A stretch of 64,000 nucleotides of DNA. Origin: the human T2T-CHM13v2.0 reference genome, Homo sapiens. The stretch lies in assembly GCF_009914755.1 (NCBI RefSeq), contig NC_060944.1; one strand, given 5' to 3'. Every line of letters starts with the position of its first letter. The stretch's first letter is position 1. The notes below the pieces were generated by a model. The model had not been told where the DNA came from and did no database searches. It worked only from the letters and a program-made list of their open reading frames with translations. This document shows positions 58,301 to 64,000 of this stretch, one piece after another. Made by a program: the position numbers and the translations under genes.

Positions 58301-59339
58301 ATGGAATGGAATGGAATGGAATGGAATGGAATGGAATGGAATGGAATGGAAAGGAATGCAAGGGCATGGAATGGAATGGAGTCAACTGGAATGGAATGGA
58401 ATGGAATGGAATCAACACGAGTGTAATGAAATGGAAGGGAGCGGAATGGACAGGAAAGGAATGGAAAGGAACTGAATGTAATGGAATCGAATGGAGTGGA
58501 ATAGAATGGAATCGAATGGAATGGAATGGAATCAATGTGATTGCAATGGAATGGAATGGAATGGAATGGAATGGAATGGCATGGAGTAAATAAAATGGAA
58601 TTTATTGGAATGGAATGGAATCAACTGGAAAGGAATGGAATGGAATGGAATGGAATGGAATGGAATGGAATGGAATGACATAGAATGGAATGGAATGGAA
58701 TTAACAAGAATGCAAAGGAATAGAATGGAATGTAATGCAGAGGAGGCAAACCGAGTGGAATGGAATGGATTGCAATGGAATGGAAAGGAATGGAATGGAA
58801 TGGAATGGAATGGAATGGAATGCAACGGAATGCAGTGAAATGGAATGGAATGGAATGGAATGGAATGGAATGGAATGGAATCAATGCAAGTGTAATTGAA
58901 TGGAATGGAATGCAATGGAATGGAGTGGAATTGATTGGAATTGATATGAATGAAATGGAATCAACTGGAATGGAACGGAATGGAATGGAATGGAATGGAA
59001 TGGAATCAACCCTTGTGAAATGTAAAGCAAAGGAATGGAATGGAATGGAATGGAATGGAAAGGAATGGAATCAACAAAAGTGGAATGGAATGGAATGGAA
59101 TACAATGGAATGGAATGGAATGGAATAAACCGGAGTGGAATGGAATGGAATGGAATGCAATGGATTCGTTTGGAATTTAATTAACCCGATTGGAATGGAG
59201 TGGAATGGAATGGAATTGAATGGAAAGAAGCCGATTGGAATGCAGTGGACTGCAAAGGAATGGAATTGAAAGGGATGGAATGGAATGGAATGGAATGGAA
59301 TGCAATGGAATGGAATGGAATGGAATGGAATGGAATGCA

Positions 59340-62300
59340 ATGGAATGGAAAGGAATGGAATGGAATTCAATAGAATCAACCCGAGTGGAATGGAAAGGAA
59401 AGGAATTTAATGGAATGGAATGGAATGGAATGGACTGGAATGGAATGGAATGGAATGGAAGGGAATGGAGTGGAATGTAATGGGATGGAATGGAATGAAC
59501 CCTAGTGGAATGGAATCGAATGGAATGGAATGGAATGGAATGGAATGGAATGGAATGGAATGGAATGCAATGGAATGGATCCGAATCAACCCGAGTGGAA
59601 TGGAATGGAATGGAATAGAATCAACCTGAGTGGAATGGAAGGGAGTGCAATGAAGTGGTATGGAATGGTTGCAATGGAATGGAATGGATTCAAAACGAGT
59701 GGAATGGAATGGAATGGAAATGAATGGAATGGAATGGAATGGAAACAACCCGAGTGGAATGGAATGGAATGCAATAGAATGGTATGGAATGGAATGGAAT
59801 AAAATGGAATCAAAACGAGTGGAATGGAATGGAATGGAATGGAATGGATTGGAAACAAACCGAGTGGAATGGAATGCAATGGAATGGAATGGAATGGAAT
59901 CCAAAGGCATGGAATGGAATGGAATGGAATGGCATGGAATGGAATGGAATGGAATGGAATGGAATGGAATGGAATGGATTGGAATGCGTTGGAATGGAAT
60001 CGAATGGAATCAACTGGAATGGAAGGGAATGGAATGGAATGGAATCAGTTACATTGGAATGGCATGGAATTGAATGGAATGCAATGGAATGTAATGGAAT
60101 GTAATCAACCCGTGTGGAATGTAATGCAAAGAAATGGAATCGAATGGAATGGAATCAACCAAAGTGGAATGGAAGGGAATGGAATAGAATGGAAGGGAAT
60201 GGAATGGTATGCAATGGAGTCAACCCAAATGGAATGGAATGGAATGCAATGCAATGGAATGGAATGAAATGGAATGGAATGGAATGGAATGAGATGGGAT
60301 GGAATGGAATTAAACCGAGTGGAGTGGAATGGAATTGAATGGAATGGAATGGAATAAATTGGAATGGAATGGAATGCAATGCCATGGAACGGAATCAACC
60401 CGTGTGGAATGGAATGGAATGGAATGGAATGGCATGGCATGGCATGGAAAGCAATTGAATGGAATGGAATCCACCAGAGTGGAATGGAGTTGAATGGCAT
60501 GGAGTCAACCCGAGTGGAATGGAATGGAATGGAATGGAATCAACCCGAGTGAAATGGAATGGAAAGTTACGGAATGGAATGGAATGCAATGGAATGGAAT
60601 GGAATGGAATGGAAAGGAATTAACCCGAGTAGAATGGCATGGAATGGAATGGAATGGAATGGAATGGAATGGAATGGAATGGAATGGAATGGAATGGAAT
60701 GGAATGGAATGCATTTCAATGGAATGGAATGGAATGCAGTCAACGCGAGTGGAATGGAATGGAATGGAATGGAAGAGAATGGAATGGAATGGAATCAACC
60801 CGAGTGGAATGGAATGGAGTGGAATGGAATGGCATGGCATGGCATGGAAAGCAATTGAATGGAATGGAATCCACCAGAGTGGAATGGAGTTGAATGGCAT
60901 GGAGTCAACCCGAGTGGAATGGAATGGAATGGAATGGAATCAACCCAAGTGAAATGGAATGGAAAGTTACGGAATGGAATGGAATGCAATGGAATGGAAT
61001 GGAATGGAATGGAATTAACCCGAGTAGAATGGCATGGAATGGAATGGAATGGAATGGAATGGAATGGAATGGAATGGAATGCATTTCAATGGAATGGAAT
61101 GGAATGCAGTCAACGCGAGTGGAATGGAATGGAATGGAATGGAAGAGAATGGAATGGAATGGAATCAACCCGAGTGGAATGGAATGGAGTGGAATGGAAT
61201 GGAATGGCTAGGAACGGAATGGAATGGAGTGGAATGGAATGGAGTGTAATAGAATGGAATTCAATGGATAGGTATGGAAGAGAATGGAGTGGAATGAAAT
61301 GGCATGGAAGAGAATGGAATGGAATGGAAAGGAATCAAGCCGAGTGGAATCCAAAGGAATGGAATGGAATTGAATGGAATGGAATGGAATTGACTAAACC
61401 CGATTGGAATGCAATGGAATGGAACGGAATGAAATGGAATGGAAAGGAATGGAATGGAATCAAAGCGATGGTAAAGGAATGCAATGGAATGGAATGGAAT
61501 GGAATCCACCCGAGTGAAATGGAATGGAATGGAATGGAGTGGAATCAACCCAAGTGGAATGGAATCGAATTGAATGGAATGGAATGGAAAGGAAATTAAT
61601 GGAATGGAATGGAATGGAATGGAATCAAACCGAGTGGAATGGAATGGAATGGAAGGATTCGAATGGAAAGGAATGAAATGCAATGAAATCAAACCGAGTG
61701 TAATGGAATGGAAAGGAATGCGATCGAATAAAATGGAATGGACTGGATTGGAATCAATCTGAGTGGAATGGAAAGGAATGGAATGGAACGGAAAGGAATG
61801 GAATTCAATGGAATGGAATGGAATGGAATGGAATAGAATCAACGAGAGTGGAATGGAATGCAATGGATAGGAATGGAATGGGAAGGAATAGAATCAACTA
61901 GAATGGAAAGGAATGGAATGCAATGGAATGCAGTGGAATTGGAATGGAATGGAATCAACCCATGTGGAATGTAATGCAAAGGAATGGAATGGAATGGAAT
62001 GGAATGAACAAAAGTGGAATGGAAGGGAATGGAATAGAATGGAATGGAATGGAATGGAAAGCAATGGAGTCAACCCAAATGGAATCGAATGGAATGGAAT
62101 GCAATGGAATGGAATGGAATGGAATGGAATGGAAAGGAATGGAATCAAACCGAGTGGAGTGGAATGGAATTGAATGGAATGGAATGGAATAAATTGGAAT
62201 GGAAAGGAATGGAATGGAATGGAATGGAATGGAATCAACCACAGTGGAATGCAATTGAATGGAATGGAATGGAATGGAATACAATGGAATGGAATAAACC

Positions 62301-64000
62301 CGAGTGGAATGGAATTGAAGGGAATGGAATGGAATGGAATGATCCCGAGTGGAATGGAATGGGATGGAATTCAATGGAATTAACCCAAGTGAAATGCAAT
62401 GGAAAGGAACGGAATGGAATTTAATGGAATGGAATGGAAAGGAATGCACTGGAATCAACTTGAGTGGAATGGAATGAAATGGAAAGCAATGGAATTGAAT
62501 GGAATCAACCAGAGTTGAATGGAATTGAATGGAATGGAATGGAAGGGAATCAACCCAAATGGAATGCAATGGAATTGAATTCAATGGAATTACCCCGAGT
62601 GAAACGGCATGGAAAGGAACGGAATAGAATTTAATGGAATGGAATGCAATGGAATGGAATCAACCCGGGTGGAATGGAACGGAATGGAGTGGAATGGAAT
62701 GTAATGGAATGGAACCAATAAGAGTGGAATGGATTGGAATGGAATAGAATGGAATGAAAGGGAATGGAATCAACCCGAGTGGAATGGAATGCAATGGAAT
62801 GGAGTGGAATGGAATACACCAGAGTGGAATGGAATAGAATGGAATGAAATGGAGTGGAATCAACCCCAGTGGAATGGAATGGAATGGAATGGAATGGAAT
62901 GGAATGGAATGGAATGGAATGGAATGGAATGCAATGGAATGGAATAGAGTGCAACAGAATGGAATGGAATGGTATTGAATGGAATGAATTGGAATGCACT
63001 GGAATGGAATCCAATGGAATCTACTGGAATGTAAGGGAATGGAATGGAATGGAATCAATTAGATTCGAATGGAATGCAATGAAATGGAATGCAATGGAAT
63101 GGAAAGGAATGGAATCAACCCGTGTGGAATGTAATGCAAAGGAATGGAATAGAATAGAATGGAATCAACAAAAGTGGAATGCAAGGGAATGGAATGGAAT
63201 GGAATGGAATGCAACGGAGTGAACCCAAATGTAATCGAATGGAATAGAATGAATGGAAGGGAACGAAATGGAATAGAATGGCATGGAATGGAATGGAATG
63301 GAATGGAATGGAATGGAATGGAATTCAAACGAGTGGAGTGGAATGGAATTGAATGGAATGCAATGGAAGATATTGCAATGGAATGGAATGGAAGGCAATG
63401 GAATGGAATGGAATCAACCAGAATAGAATGGAATGGAATGGAATGGAATGCAATGGAATGGAATGGAATGGAATGGAATGGAATGGAATGGAATGGAACC
63501 CGAGTGGATTGTAATGGAATGGAATGGAATGGAATGGAATCAACCCTAGTGGAATGGAAAGGATTGAAATGCAATGGAGTGGAATCAACCCAAGGGGAAT
63601 GGAATGGAATGGAATGGAATGGAATGGAATGGAATGGAATGGAATGGAATCAACCCGAGTGGAATGGAACGGATTGGAATGGAATGGAGTGGAATCAACC
63701 CAAGGGGAATGGAATGGAATGGAATGGAATGGAATGGAATGGAATAAAATGGAATGGAATGAAATCAACCCGAGCGGTATAGAATGGAATGTAATGGGAT
63801 GGAATTGATTGGAATGGAGTGGATTGGAATCTATCCGAGTGGAATGAAAAGGAATGGAATGCAATGGAATGGAATCAAATGCAATGGAATGGAATGGATT
63901 GGAATGGAATGTAATGAAAACGAGTGTAATGGAATGGATTCGAATGGAATGGAATGGAATGGAATGAAACCGAGTGGAAGGGAATGGAACGGAATGGAAT
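59340..64000 (+). repeat. More diverged Satellite III layer
   Basis: Variant density is higher, and there are words not noticed elsewhere: GGATCC 59577, CAGTTACATT ~60046, GGAAAGTTAC, GGCTAGG ~61206, AGATATTGC ~63369, GAGCGGTAT ~63772. It contains only one degenerate core cassette (CAATAAGAGT 62716). Confidence 0.7.
60420..61200 (+). repeat. 400/370-bp tandem duplication
   Basis: GGCATGGCATGGCAT 60431/60831, GGAAAGTTAC 60561/60961, GCATTTCAAT 60711/61081, GGAAGAGAAT 60771/61141. Confidence 0.92.

Larger units (their letters stand above)
1..64000 (+). repeat. Satellite III (HSat3) array: diverged (GGAAT)n/(CATTC)n with interspersed CAACCCGAGT-type decamers
   Basis: Seen: GGAAT pentamers and 1-nt variants (GGAAA, GCAAT, TGAAT, GGATT, GGAGT, AGAAT) run from the first to the last base. 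They are interrupted every few tens to ~200 bp by CAACCCGAGT, CAACCAGAGT, CAACCTGAGT or CAAACCGAGT. Established: pentamer plus this decamer is the classical definition of human Satellite 3. The array continues past both window edges. Confidence 0.98.

Noticed and set aside
4-63864. Hundreds of ORFs of 60-608 aa on both strands as protein-coding genes
   Set aside because: They are translations of the pentamer (MEWNG/IPFHS), which has no stop codon. They overlap in all frames, have no domain-like sequence, and their ends are set by random variants.
1-64000. CRISPR-like array (CAACCCGAGT repeats separated by 'spacers')
   Set aside because: The repeat is only 10 bp and variable, the spacing is irregular, the intervening DNA is itself GGAAT satellite rather than unique spacers, and there are no cas genes.
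1-64000. Satellite II, alpha satellite or telomeric repeat
   Set aside because: Long perfect GGAAT runs with CAACCCGAGT indicate Satellite III. I saw no CATTCGATTC/ATCATC-dominated HSat2 pattern, no 171-bp monomer and no TTAGGG tracts.
1-64000. Embedded Alu/L1/LTR insertion, unique island or strand inversion
   Set aside because: No stretch departs from the pentamer framework for more than ~25 bp. There are no poly(A) tails or target-site duplications, and no ATTCC-oriented block on +.
1-64000. Single fixed higher-order period (e.g. ~1.8 kb or ~3.6 kb as in some known HSat3 arrays) and a chromosome/subfamily assignment
   Set aside because: Landmark spacings range from 1.05 to 12 kb with no constant period. 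Assignment needs k-mer classification or alignment, which I cannot run.
1-64000. SCA31-type pathogenic (TGGAA)n insertion
   Set aside because: That is a few-kb, largely pure repeat in unique intronic DNA. This is a >64-kb decamer-punctuated satellite with no flanking gene sequence.

Overview
The whole 64 kb is one uninterrupted block of human/great-ape type Satellite III (HSat3) DNA. It consists of diverged (GGAAT)n pentamers, all in the same orientation (G-rich strand on +), punctuated by the classic CAACCCGAGT decamer and its variants. I see no gene, RNA gene, transposon, CRISPR array, unique sequence or inversion. All listed ORFs are the automatic translation of the pentamer (MEWNG on +, IPFHS on -). 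The information is in the architecture. Rare variant words used as landmarks show a mosaic of a limited set of modules. These include a ~0.6-kb cassette recurring 20 times at irregular spacing, an apparently complete ~8.5-kb cycle (about 34.5-43.0 kb), and nested tandem duplications of different ages (about 4.8, 3.2, 1.2, 7, 2x4.9 and 8.9 kb, plus a near-identical 5,702-bp pair). The last ~4.6 kb is a distinctly more diverged layer. I found no evidence for a new protein-coding or RNA-guided system. Landmarks were read by eye, so block boundaries are approximate (tens of bp), and species, chromosome and subfamily cannot be fixed without alignment.
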